A DNA stretch of 64,000 nt from positions 195,133 through 259,132 of the forward strand of contig CAJUTK010000002.1 in the NCBI GenBank assembly GCA_910589375.1, in the 5' to 3' direction. The notes under the pieces are model-generated. The model had not been told where the DNA came from. It saw only the letters and a program-made list of their open reading frames with translations, and did not search any database. A program made the position numbers and the translations under genes. Numbering within the stretch: position 1 is the stretch's first letter; every line of letters begins with the position of its first letter. Source of the stretch: an uncultured Bacilli bacterium. Its GTDB lineage: Bacteria; Bacillota_I; Bacilli_A; RF39; UBA660. This document shows, one piece after another, positions 39,950 through 49,127 of the stretch.

Positions 39950-40798
39950 ATGATTACTACCAAAAATATAACCAAAGCTAGTGAAAACTTAAATGTTTCT
40001 CAACCAGCTTTAACAAAGGCTTTGAAACAATTAGAGAGTGATTTGAATACAAAATTATTTAATCGTAGTAAAAAGGGTGTTTCTTTGACAGAGGCAGGAG
40101 AGATTTTATATGAATTTACTTCCGCTACTTTTCAAAGCTTCGGTAATACGTTAAATGTTATAGAACAAGAAAATGAAAAGGGAGGACATCTTTATATAGG
40201 CGCTACGACAACTAACTTTTTAGAACCTATTTTGCCAATATTACAAAAATTTAAAGAATTGTATCCTAATGTAAAAATTGAAATTGTATTAGAGGAAATA
40301 GAGGTATTAGAAAAGTATAGTAGATTAGGAAAATTAGATATATTGATAAAAAATAGTTATGAGGAATTAAAAAACTTTCAAAATATTGTATCTTTTGATA
40401 TTCAAGACTGTTTTATTGCTTCTAAAAAGGAATATGCAGAATTAGAAAATAAAACCGTTACTTTAGAAGAATTATTAAACCATTATCCGTTTGTTTTGTT
40501 GAGCAATATTACTCATGGTAGGAAAAATTTTGATGCTTATTTAAGAAGTAAAAATATTACTTTTAAACCTACTTATGAATTTAATAGTTATAGTTTATGC
40601 CGAGAATTAATAAGAAATGGTTTTGGTATTGGTATAGGAAATCCTATTCACTATCAAGGAAAAGAATTTATTATATTGAAAACAGATTTTTCTTTACCGA
40701 AAAGAGTTTTCAATATTGGTTTTATAAGGACGAGTAAAAATGCATGCTTAAATGATTTTATTCTTTTATTAGAAAATAATTTGATTATTAAAGATTGA
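39950..40798 (+). CDS. LysR-family transcriptional regulator, apparently lacking the first 12-15 residues of the HTH (possible pseudogene)
   Basis: Starts ...ITKASENLNVSQPALTKALKQLE, which is the LysR recognition helix, but the conserved preceding L..L..F..V...GS helix is absent. The substrate-binding domain is present. Confidence 0.55.
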   Translation: MITTKNITKASENLNVSQPALTKALKQLESDLNTKLFNRSKKGVSLTEAGEILYEFTSATFQSFGNTLNVIEQENEKGGHLYIGATTTNFLEPILPILQKFKELYPNVKIEIVLEEIEVLEKYSRLGKLDILIKNSYEELKNFQNIVSFDIQDCFIASKKEYAELENKTVTLEELLNHYPFVLLSNITHGRKNFDAYLRSKNITFKPTYEFNSYSLCRELIRNGFGIGIGNPIHYQGKEFIILKTDFSLPKRVFNIGFIRTSKNACLNDFILLLENNLIIKD

Positions 40799-40816
40799 CA
40801 AAAAAAGAATGAAAAA

Positions 40817-41452
40817 TCATTCTTTGGGATAATGAGAAAGTCTCTGTAACATTTTTATACTATTTTTTTCTACACTTTTCTTTTTCTCCAAGTTTGATGA
40901 AGTATTTTCATTTGCTTTTAAAACCTCTAGAATGCCTTGTAAGAAATCTGGTTCTACTAAAAGAGGAGAACCTTGCTTCCATAATTGTCTACAGAATTCA
41001 ATAAATATTGGATTATTATGAAAATGATTACTCTCTTGTAAAAGGATGCCTTGTAAGAAATTACTATTAGAAGCTGCTACACACGATAGTTTTTCCTCTT
41101 CTCTTTTTCTTTTCATTTCAAGTAAAGAATCTAAATATCTTACTTTTTTAAAGATTTGTTGCCATTGATAATGTCTTTGATAAAAAGAAAGATAGTCTCC
41201 ACAAGCTTGTAATGTCATTACCTTTTCAGTACTCCATTTAATTCCTAGATAGTCAAATACAGCAGTAGCATTTCTAGAAGTAACAGAACTGTATACTTTT
41301 TCATCTATTAAAGAATAGATACCTTTATATAGATTGCCTGTTGCATAGATGGGATTTAAGATTCTCATTTCACTCGAAAAAGTTTCTATTTGTTCTAATT
41401 TTGGACCTAATATATTAGAATCAGTAGTAAGCAAAATGTCATATAAAATCAT
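40817..41452 (-). CDS. hypothetical protein
   Basis: 211 aa. Internal repeat (N/D)FLQGIL twice. No recognised motif. Confidence 0.45.
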   Translation of the reverse strand: MILYDILLTTDSNILGPKLEQIETFSSEMRILNPIYATGNLYKGIYSLIDEKVYSSVTSRNATAVFDYLGIKWSTEKVMTLQACGDYLSFYQRHYQWQQIFKKVRYLDSLLEMKRKREEEKLSCVAASNSNFLQGILLQESNHFHNNPIFIEFCRQLWKQGSPLLVEPDFLQGILEVLKANENTSSNLEKKKSVEKNSIKMLQRLSHYPKE

Positions 41453-41640
41453 TAAATTTATTTGGTGCTGGGAATTTTCGCTAAATTTTGTAAGTTCCAG
41501 AAAATCACCTCTTTAATTTTTTCTATTATAACAAAAAAATAATGATTTGTAATAGAGACGTTTGGCATATTTTTGACATTTCAAATGCTTAAATCATTGC
41601 AATTATTTCTTATTTTATATATAATAGAATTGGTGATAAT

Positions 41641-42537
41641 ATGAAGGTATTATGTATTGGACATGCAGCTTATGATATTACAACACCAGTAGATACATTT
41701 CCAAAAGAAAATACAAAGACTCGTGTTCCAGAAAGAATAGAATGTGGTGGTGGTCCTGCAGGAAATGCTGCCTATCTTCTAGGAAAATGGGGTGTTAGTA
41801 CTTATTTTGCTGGTGTAGTAGGAGATGATCTATATGGACATCGTATCATTGAAGAGTATCAAAGAGTAGGTGTAAATACAGACTATTTACAAGTTAGTAA
41901 AGATGAGGTAACAGCTTCTAGCTTTATTGTTGCGAACCGTGAAAATGGTAGTAGAACAATACTTACTTATCGTCCAAGTGAAATGAAAATGACAGATGTA
42001 GATATTGAAATTGAGCCAGATATCATTTTAATTGATGGGCAAGAACCAGAATTTTCTAAGAAAATGATTGAAAAGTATCCTAATGCAGTAAGTATTATAG
42101 ATGCAGGAAGAACAAAAAGAGCTATTAGAGAATTGTGTAGAATGGTAAATTATGTAGTTTGTTCTAAAGATTTTGCAGAAGGAATTAGTGGCATCAAAAT
42201 TTATGAGAATGAAAGTCTTGAACATGCTATTTTAAAGTTAGAAAATGAATTTCATACGAATATTATTGTAACATTAGAAGCAACAGGATGTGCTTATCGT
42301 AATGATGAAGGTAAAATAGAAATTGTCCCTTCTATTAAAGTTAGGGCCATTGATTCAACTGGGGCAGGAGATATTTTCCATGGAGCCTTTACTTATGGAA
42401 TCGCTCAGAACTGGCCTATGGAGAAAATACTTCGTTTTTCAAATTTAACAGGAGCTATGTCGGTTACACGTGTTGGTGGTAGAAATTCTATATTTGAATT
42501 AGACGATATGATTGAAATTTATAATGAAGTTAAGTGA
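41641..42537 (+). CDS. PfkB-family carbohydrate kinase (ribokinase-like)
   Basis: GG motif (ECGGGPAGNAA). C-terminal DSTGAGDIFHGAF anion-hole motif. Confidence 0.75.
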   Translation: MKVLCIGHAAYDITTPVDTFPKENTKTRVPERIECGGGPAGNAAYLLGKWGVSTYFAGVVGDDLYGHRIIEEYQRVGVNTDYLQVSKDEVTASSFIVANRENGSRTILTYRPSEMKMTDVDIEIEPDIILIDGQEPEFSKKMIEKYPNAVSIIDAGRTKRAIRELCRMVNYVVCSKDFAEGISGIKIYENESLEHAILKLENEFHTNIIVTLEATGCAYRNDEGKIEIVPSIKVRAIDSTGAGDIFHGAFTYGIAQNWPMEKILRFSNLTGAMSVTRVGGRNSIFELDDMIEIYNEVK

Positions 42538-42793
42538 GATTATTTTTATTGATCAATTTCCATCTTTAGATCTTCATGGTTTTGATAGAGATTATGCTAG
42601 AATTAAGATAAATGAGTTCATTCAGGATAATTTTGTTATGAAAAATGAGTTTATAGTGATTGTTCATGGGGTTGGGAGTGGCATTTTAAAGCAAGAAACT
42701 TTAGACACCTTAAAAAAGAATAAAAAAGTGGAAGAATACCAACTCTTTAAAGGAAATATAGGGTGTACTATTGCAAAAATAAAGAAAAAATAA
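42524..42793 (+). CDS. Smr-domain protein
   Basis: LDLHGFDRDYARIKINEF...IVIVHGVGSGILK matches the Smr (small MutS-related) domain. The start is ambiguous (TTG at 42512 or ATG at 42524). Confidence 0.55.
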   Translation: MKLSEIIFIDQFPSLDLHGFDRDYARIKINEFIQDNFVMKNEFIVIVHGVGSGILKQETLDTLKKNKKVEEYQLFKGNIGCTIAKIKKK

Positions 42794-42872
42794 AAAAATA
42801 AATATAAAAAGTTGACAATATGTAAAAAAAGTGGTAGGATATGAGCCATCTCGTTGAAAAGGGGGAAATTAT

Positions 42873-44573
42873 ATGTACGAAGAAAGAAGAGAAAGTTTTT
42901 CAGTTAGAGATTTAATTTTACAAGTATTATTTATTGTACTATTTGTCTTTATCCTAATTTTAATATTCCCAACTAAGGGATATATGAAAAAGTATATTGA
43001 TAAGAATGGTAAGGACACAGGTACTAATACTACAGTTGTCGAATCAAACTTTGATGTAGACCAATTAGCAGCATTATACAATCAAATTTTTGCTAATAAT
43101 GTTGTAGCTATGAAAGAAGCAGCTATTGGATATTACACTACAGATAGATTACCTGCTAAAGTAGGTGAATCTGATAAGATGACTTTACAACAAATGTATG
43201 ATAAGCATTTAGTGTTAAAGTTAACAGATAAAAATGGAAATGCATGTGATGTAACAAAATCTTATGTATCTGTAACAAAATATGAAAATGAATACCAAAT
43301 GAAGGTAAACTTAAGTTGTGGTGGAGAAGAAGATTATATCATCGTATACTTAGGATGCTATGATTATTGTGATGCAACAGGTGTTTGTGAAAAACAAACT
43401 CCAACAAAACCAACTACACCATCTAAACCAAGTAAACCAACAACAAATACAACAGTAAATAAAGTTACAAATATTACAAATAATTATTATTATGAAAATT
43501 GTGATTGTGAAAAACCAAAATATTACTGTTCAATTGTAAATGGTAAATATTATGATGCAAGTGGAAATGAAGTTAACAAAGAAGCTTATGAAAAAGCTTG
43601 TAATGAAGAAAAAAGATATTATTGTTCAATTGTAAATGGTAAATATTATGACGATAAAGGTCAAGTAGTAAGCAAAGCTGAATATGATAAAGCTTGTTCA
43701 CAACCAACTAAAAAATACATTTGTGAATATAAGAAAGTAACAAATGGTGAGTGGGGACCATATGGACCTTGGTCAGAATGGACTACTACTAAACTTACTG
43801 AAAATAATAATACACAAGTAGATACAAAAACAGAACAAGTTGTAACTGGTTATACTACTAAGAAAGTACAAACAGGTACAAAAACAGAAACTTATATATC
43901 AAACTATACAACTTCTAAGTATGTATCAGGATACACAACAGAAAAATATGTATCAGGTCATACTACAGAAAAATATATTTCAGGATATACAACGCAAAAA
44001 GTACAAACAGGTACTAAAAAAGTACAAATAGGAACTACAACAAAGACAACTACTAAAAAAGTTGCTGCAGGTACTAAAACCACTTATGTATCTTCTGGTT
44101 CAGGAACAACAATTCCAAATAATACAAGTGAATATACTTATGTAAAAACTGGTTCAACTCAATCTCAAAGTTGTTCAAGTTGTGCTACTGTAACTGTATA
44201 TACATGGGATGTATATAAACTTACAACAGTTTATAAAACAGAACAAGTAACAGAAACAGTACCAGTATATTCTGTACAACCAGTATATGAAACAAAACAA
44301 GTTCCAGTATACTCAACTAGACAAGTTCCAGTATACTCAACTAGACAAGTTCCAGTATACTCAACTAAGAAAACTCCAGTATATGCTACTAGACAAGTTC
44401 CAGTATACGATGAAGTAAAAACACCAGTTTATGGAACTCAAACTTACTACCGTTCAAGAACAAGAACTTATAGTGGAGGAAGTACAGATACAAAATGGAG
44501 TACATGTGATCCAGTTGATACTTCTTTAACAAGTCAAGGATATTATCAAACTGGTAATGTAAAGGAAGCATAA
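42873..44573 (+). CDS. membrane-anchored surface protein with Cys-rich module, proline/threonine linker and three families of tandem repeats
   Basis: N-terminal signal-anchor. Two YYCSIVNGKYYD...KAC repeats. Four YTT(E/Q)KY(V/I)SG repeats. At least six (R/K)QVPVYST repeats, three of them perfect 24 bp DNA copies. Promoter TTGACA-17-TAGGAT at 42812. Terminator at 44576-44600. Confidence 0.7.
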   Translation: MYEERRESFSVRDLILQVLFIVLFVFILILIFPTKGYMKKYIDKNGKDTGTNTTVVESNFDVDQLAALYNQIFANNVVAMKEAAIGYYTTDRLPAKVGESDKMTLQQMYDKHLVLKLTDKNGNACDVTKSYVSVTKYENEYQMKVNLSCGGEEDYIIVYLGCYDYCDATGVCEKQTPTKPTTPSKPSKPTTNTTVNKVTNITNNYYYENCDCEKPKYYCSIVNGKYYDASGNEVNKEAYEKACNEEKRYYCSIVNGKYYDDKGQVVSKAEYDKACSQPTKKYICEYKKVTNGEWGPYGPWSEWTTTKLTENNNTQVDTKTEQVVTGYTTKKVQTGTKTETYISNYTTSKYVSGYTTEKYVSGHTTEKYISGYTTQKVQTGTKKVQIGTTTKTTTKKVAAGTKTTYVSSGSGTTIPNNTSEYTYVKTGSTQSQSCSSCATVTVYTWDVYKLTTVYKTEQVTETVPVYSVQPVYETKQVPVYSTRQVPVYSTRQVPVYSTKKTPVYATRQVPVYDEVKTPVYGTQTYYRSRTRTYSGGSTDTKWSTCDPVDTSLTSQGYYQTGNVKEA

Positions 44574-44676
44574 AGGAAGCGTTGAAAAACGCTTTTTTTG
44601 TTTGACATCAAAAATCTTATATGTTATCATAAATTTAGAATAAGGATAGTATAATTATAATAGGAAGGGGTGCACT

Positions 44677-45096
44677 GTGAAAGGGACATATCTATTTGAC
44701 TATGTAAATGAAAATGAATTTAAAAAATTAGAACGTTCTTTAAAAAAGTATAACATGCTTGCTTATAAGAAGTTATATTTTGAGTATTACCCAGCCTTAA
44801 AAGAGGGAAATTTCCTAGGAAAACTGATTGCTACTAACAAAACAAATGGTACTAAGACATATGAGTTAAAGCTTCCTACAGATGCCCTATTTTCAAAGGT
44901 GCATGGCGATATTAAACTATATTATCTAGTTTACGAGAATGAAAAAATTGTAATGTTGGACAAGTTTGAGCCAATGGATATCTTAAGTGAAGGTCATGCA
45001 AGTGAATTAGTAACTTACAAGGGAGTTATGGTTTCAAAACAACATTCTGATAAAGATATGTTTAAGATTAACTTATTAAATATGTTAGATAAATAA
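44677..45096 (+). CDS. hypothetical protein (GTG start)
   Basis: 139 aa. GGAAGGGG RBS. Followed by the bidirectional terminator AAACCAGTttaatACTGGTTT at 45098-45125. Confidence 0.45.
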   Translation: MKGTYLFDYVNENEFKKLERSLKKYNMLAYKKLYFEYYPALKEGNFLGKLIATNKTNGTKTYELKLPTDALFSKVHGDIKLYYLVYENEKIVMLDKFEPMDILSEGHASELVTYKGVMVSKQHSDKDMFKINLLNMLDK

Positions 45097-45120
45097 AAAC
45101 CAGTTTAATACTGGTTTTTT

Positions 45121-45819
45121 TTATGAATTTAAAATCCAATCAACAATTGCACTTTTTATTTGATAGTATTCTTCTTCTTCAAATTGCATATTAGCAATAC
45201 AATATTTTTTATTTGCAATATGGGAACAAAAGATGCATTCATGTAAGTTGAAGCAGTCCTGAATAAATAGGGAATTGCTTACTTTATTAGAACATATTAC
45301 ATGATAACTGTTACTACAATCTTTTGAATCATCTACTTTGATGCAGAAAAGGGATGAAGAGCTTCTCTGAGATGCTAGTAGAAACTCACTATTACCACAA
45401 GAGTCACAGTAAATAAGATTTTTAGAATCACTACAATCTGTTGATTGATAGATGTTTTCACAGCGATAGATAGTGTCACTTTTCACTACATTAATAGAGT
45501 CATAAACTCTTTCTGTTGTAGTTAGATTTACTTGATTCCATATATCAATAATTTCTTGAAGGTTAGATACATTTTGTTTAGGAAGCATCCAACCTATATC
45601 TGTATCTCTTTTTTCCATATTTTCTAAAGTAATAAACTTTCCACTACTAATAGCATCTGCCCAAGTAATTTCATTAGTAGTAGAATCATTTACTTTTTTA
45701 GGTAGTTTTACATCAAATGCAAATTTTTCTAAGATTGTATCTAATGAGTATTGGTTTTGCTTTTCAAAAATATTTTGAAATATTTTATTAACGATAGTGA
45801 TAGCTACAGCATCATTCAT
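45121..45819 (-). CDS. cysteine-repeat protein (about 20 Cys in 5 degenerate repeats), second gene of the HerA-like operon
   Basis: AGGAGGA RBS. 8 nt overlap with the upstream ATPase gene. C-terminal half has repeating C-x(3-8)-DC-S-x-S/N modules. No known family recognised. Confidence 0.55.
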   Translation of the reverse strand: MNDAVAITIVNKIFQNIFEKQNQYSLDTILEKFAFDVKLPKKVNDSTTNEITWADAISSGKFITLENMEKRDTDIGWMLPKQNVSNLQEIIDIWNQVNLTTTERVYDSINVVKSDTIYRCENIYQSTDCSDSKNLIYCDSCGNSEFLLASQRSSSSLFCIKVDDSKDCSNSYHVICSNKVSNSLFIQDCFNLHECIFCSHIANKKYCIANMQFEEEEYYQIKSAIVDWILNS

Positions 45820-47665
45820 TTTTTATTCCTCCTCTTTGTGATGAATGTGTAATTAAAATATCTTTTAAATTGGTTGTGTTTCCAATAGAAAATTCTATTT
45901 TCTTGTTATCTTTTTGGGATGAAGAAATAGGGGAATCTATTGTTTTTTCTTTTAATCTTGGAATACTTTCAAAGTTCATAGTTTGTGCTTTAAAGGCGGG
46001 GAGTAATATTCCATTAGCATTTATTCTAATAATACATTCTCGGTTATTTAATTCTGTTAACATTTTCGTCTTCGCTTCTACTGTATCTTCTAAAGGAACT
46101 TTCATAGGTAGGTGATTTACTAATAGCGCCGCATCCGTTCTAGAAACGCGAAATAAATAATAGTTTATAGTATTAGCAAATATAGAATCTTTTAAATTAT
46201 CTGATACTTGGTTAAAATATTGACTAGCTAAAATAAGAGATAAATTATATTTTCTTGCTTCAGATAGAAAACGTGATAAAATAGGATTTTCAACAACAGC
46301 AACTTCATCGACAATAAAGATAATATGCTCAGAAAATGAATAAGATTGAACAAGTGTAAGCAACTTCTGCATAATTAATCCTGAAATAGTTTTTACACTT
46401 TTATCTCCAAGCTTTGTTTTATCTAAAGAGAAAATGGTTAGAAAGTTATCTTGAATAGTCTCTTGTAAGGAAAAATCATTATTTTCTTGATTAAAGACAG
46501 GAATCATTTCCATTTCATCAATGAAAGAAATAATAGGGGAGATTGCCTCACCATAGGACTTTGTTTTTAAGTCATTAAAGTCAGATAAGAAAAAGTCTAT
46601 TACACTACTTGGTAAAAGTTTTTCTTGCTGCTTTAAAAGAAAAGTCCTGTATTCTGTATCTAGTAAGACCTTTCTTAGTGTATGAAACGTAAAATTATTA
46701 CTAGATAATAGTAAATGGATAGAGTGCCTTAATACCCTCTCTAGTTTAGAATTATATTGATCAGCTATTAAAGACTTAAATAATTCTAGTAATAATTCAG
46801 TAGAGGATATTGTATCATTTTGATTATTATGAAATAGGTTAATACTATTAAAATTATTTTTAAAGTCGATTACTTTACCAATACCTCCAATATCATTTTC
46901 TAAAGCAGCATGTGGGTCTATAATTACTACTTTGTATTGATTTCTAAACTGTATATTTTTATAGATATTGTGAATAAATAAACTAATAAATTTAGACTTT
47001 CCAGCTCCACTAGCACCCAAAATCAAAGAGTGTTTATGAAATTCGTAGTTATTTAGTTTTAAATAAAAATCTCCTTGTAGATAGGGAAATGTATTTACCT
47101 TTACAAGCGAAGATGTCGTTTCACTTTGTAATAAGTGTAGAATTTTTTGTATATCTAAATATTTAGGTACACTTTTATAGAAAAAACGTGCGTTTTTATC
47201 AAGATTTAAAGTTAAGATGGATGTAGGATTAGAAAATAGATTTCTATGTCTATAAACAACACTCTCTTTTTCTAAGTAAAAATAGACTTTAGAGCGGATT
47301 TTAGTGTTACTTAATTTACAAAATTCAATTTCAATATATTTTAGTTTTTTTCTTTTTTTTATTTCAAAGTATTCTACTATATCAATCAGTTTATTTTCTA
47401 TAATAAAAGTAGGTAAAGAATAGATTGGATTTTCTATTTTTATTTCTTCAGTTTGTTTTAAAATAAAATCAGATAAATTATGTATGGTAGAGGGGAGTGT
47501 GTATTTTGTTTTTACATAGTAGCGAATTTCATTATTATTAATTGCAATTGTTAATTTCCATTTTTTAAATATCCCTTGATAATTGGAAATACTTCTTATA
47601 AATTCTAGCCATTTCTCTCCCTCTATGTTACAACTGGCTAAGAAAATTTCTGACGTTAACCCCAT
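45812..47665 (-). CDS. HerA/FtsK-superfamily (DUF87/VirB4-like) P-loop ATPase
   Basis: Walker A LILGASGAGKSKF followed by VVIIDPHAALE (typical of HerA/DUF87). Walker B IIFIVDEVAVV. C-terminal EARKYNLSLILASQ matching E(A/G)RK(Y/F)G..L.LATQ. ATG at 47665 with GAGGTGA RBS; the TTG at 47731 lies in the terminator hairpin. Confidence 0.7.
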   Translation of the reverse strand: MGLTSEIFLASCNIEGEKWLEFIRSISNYQGIFKKWKLTIAINNNEIRYYVKTKYTLPSTIHNLSDFILKQTEEIKIENPIYSLPTFIIENKLIDIVEYFEIKKRKKLKYIEIEFCKLSNTKIRSKVYFYLEKESVVYRHRNLFSNPTSILTLNLDKNARFFYKSVPKYLDIQKILHLLQSETTSSLVKVNTFPYLQGDFYLKLNNYEFHKHSLILGASGAGKSKFISLFIHNIYKNIQFRNQYKVVIIDPHAALENDIGGIGKVIDFKNNFNSINLFHNNQNDTISSTELLLELFKSLIADQYNSKLERVLRHSIHLLLSSNNFTFHTLRKVLLDTEYRTFLLKQQEKLLPSSVIDFFLSDFNDLKTKSYGEAISPIISFIDEMEMIPVFNQENNDFSLQETIQDNFLTIFSLDKTKLGDKSVKTISGLIMQKLLTLVQSYSFSEHIIFIVDEVAVVENPILSRFLSEARKYNLSLILASQYFNQVSDNLKDSIFANTINYYLFRVSRTDAALLVNHLPMKVPLEDTVEAKTKMLTELNNRECIIRINANGILLPAFKAQTMNFESIPRLKEKTIDSPISSSQKDNKKIEFSIGNTTNLKDILITHSSQRGGIKNE

Positions 47666-47711
47666 AAAACCGTCACCTCGATATGTACTATAGCAGAAAA
47701 ACAATAAAAAA

Positions 47712-47744
47712 AACTGACTTTTTATATTCAAAAAAAGTCAGTTA
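47712..47744 (-). terminator. hairpin AACTGACTTTTT-N7-AAAAAGTCAGTT with T-run (minus-strand sense) following the AraC-family gene
   Basis: Perfect 12 bp stem seen in the sequence. Separates the regulator from the ATPase operon. Confidence 0.5.
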
Positions 47745-48539
47745 TTCAATAGCTACTAAAAAATCGGTTATTTCATCATGATAGTATTCTAGTTCTGGTA
47801 TTGCTTTTAAGTTATATTTACAGCTTGGTAAAAATTCTAGATAAAACTTTTGAGAAATATCATGAATGTCTTCTGCTTCTTGGCTAGGAATTCTAAAAGA
47901 AAGCCATTTGCTAGCAGGAATAATAATTTTTTCAAAATCAGGTATGTATTTATCATATAAAATAAAATAATAATTGCATTGAAGATGTTCTTCTTCCTCA
48001 TAAGAAATCATAGCATAGGGAATATCACCGTAAGAATCTTTATATTGTTTTTCCATTTCTATAAAAAACTTAGGGGCATCTTCTTGAATATGATCGTTAT
48101 CAGTAGCTACACCTTTTCCATATACTATCATTTCTTCACGTTCTACAATCTGATATTCCATATCTTTTATAGAAGTATCAATTTCATTTAAAACAATTCT
48201 AGGAAAGTTCTTAAGAATAGTTGTATTTGTTATTTTACTAGGATTGATGCCATGAAAAGAAGAGAAAGCTCTAGAGAAGGCTGTAGCACTCTCATATTGG
48301 TATTTAAGCGCTACATCAATGATTTTTTCATTATTAGTAATAAAATCATATCCAGCACATGATAAACGTCTTTTTCTAATATAATCTGATAAAGTAATAG
48401 TTGTAAGCAGTGAAAATATTCTTTGCATAGTATAAGAGTTTACTCCCATTATACGAGCTAAAACATTATAATCTATTTTCTCTTCTAAATGATTATCAAT
48501 ATATTCTGTAATTTCGTTTATTTTTTGATAGATATTCAT
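47742..48539 (-). CDS. AraC-family transcriptional regulator with C-terminal GyrI-like effector-binding domain
   Basis: N-terminal AraC HTH (IDYNVLARIMGVNSYTMQRIFSLL...ESATAFSRAFSSFHGINPSK). C-terminal about 150 aa resembles GyrI-like small-molecule binding domains. Confidence 0.7.
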   Translation of the reverse strand: MNIYQKINEITEYIDNHLEEKIDYNVLARIMGVNSYTMQRIFSLLTTITLSDYIRKRRLSCAGYDFITNNEKIIDVALKYQYESATAFSRAFSSFHGINPSKITNTTILKNFPRIVLNEIDTSIKDMEYQIVEREEMIVYGKGVATDNDHIQEDAPKFFIEMEKQYKDSYGDIPYAMISYEEEEHLQCNYYFILYDKYIPDFEKIIIPASKWLSFRIPSQEAEDIHDISQKFYLEFLPSCKYNLKAIPELEYYHDEITDFLVAIE

Positions 48540-48614
48540 ATTATCACCAATATTATTATACCATAAAATAGTTAGAGTGTTCTTTTTATAAGAAAAACTA
48601 GCAAGACTTGCTAG

Positions 48615-49034
48615 TTATTTTTCTTTTGCTAGAGTAGTATACTCAGCTAACATAGCTAATTCTTCGTCTGCTTTTTTTTGAAAGTAACTAGCTAATTCTT
48701 TTAAATATTTTTTTCCGAAACGAGTGGTTAAGAAAATTCTTAATTCTTGATCTAGTACTGTAGGTGGATATTCCCCACATAAACCGGCATTATGCGTGCT
48801 AAGACAAAAGTCATTAACTCTATAAGTATCTAAAATATGTATCCCATCTCCACTACTGATGAGGGCATATCTATCACCATTTAAGTCTTTTCGATCCCTC
48901 TCTTTTGAAACTTTTACCCAAGTTGCAGCTCTAGGTGGTTGCATTTCGCTTTTTTTTCGATAATGCTGTGTACTGAAATTAATTAGGGCAACCCATTCCT
49001 CATCTGTTAATTCGTTAATAAACTTGAAATCCAT
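48615..49034 (-). CDS. hypothetical protein
   Basis: 139 aa ORF. No motif recognised. Confidence 0.4.
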   Translation of the reverse strand: MDFKFINELTDEEWVALINFSTQHYRKKSEMQPPRAATWVKVSKERDRKDLNGDRYALISSGDGIHILDTYRVNDFCLSTHNAGLCGEYPPTVLDQELRIFLTTRFGKKYLKELASYFQKKADEELAMLAEYTTLAKEK

Positions 49035-49127
49035 AGTAATTTCCTTTCTAAAATTGTCCCTTATTATAGCAAATAGTTATGAAAATAGCAATTTCATGTT
49101 ATAATAAAAGAGAATGAGGTTATAGTT

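Noticed and set aside
42512-42537. TTG start at 42512 for the Smr protein, overlapping the kinase gene end
   Set aside because: Either start is possible. The ATG at 42524 was chosen. Neither has a convincing RBS, so the boundary is uncertain rather than biologically notable.
47666-47731. TTG at 47731 as start of the HerA-like ATPase (639 aa form)
   Set aside because: The TTG is in the loop of a 12 bp hairpin terminator. An in-frame ATG at 47665 has a strong GAGGTGA RBS.
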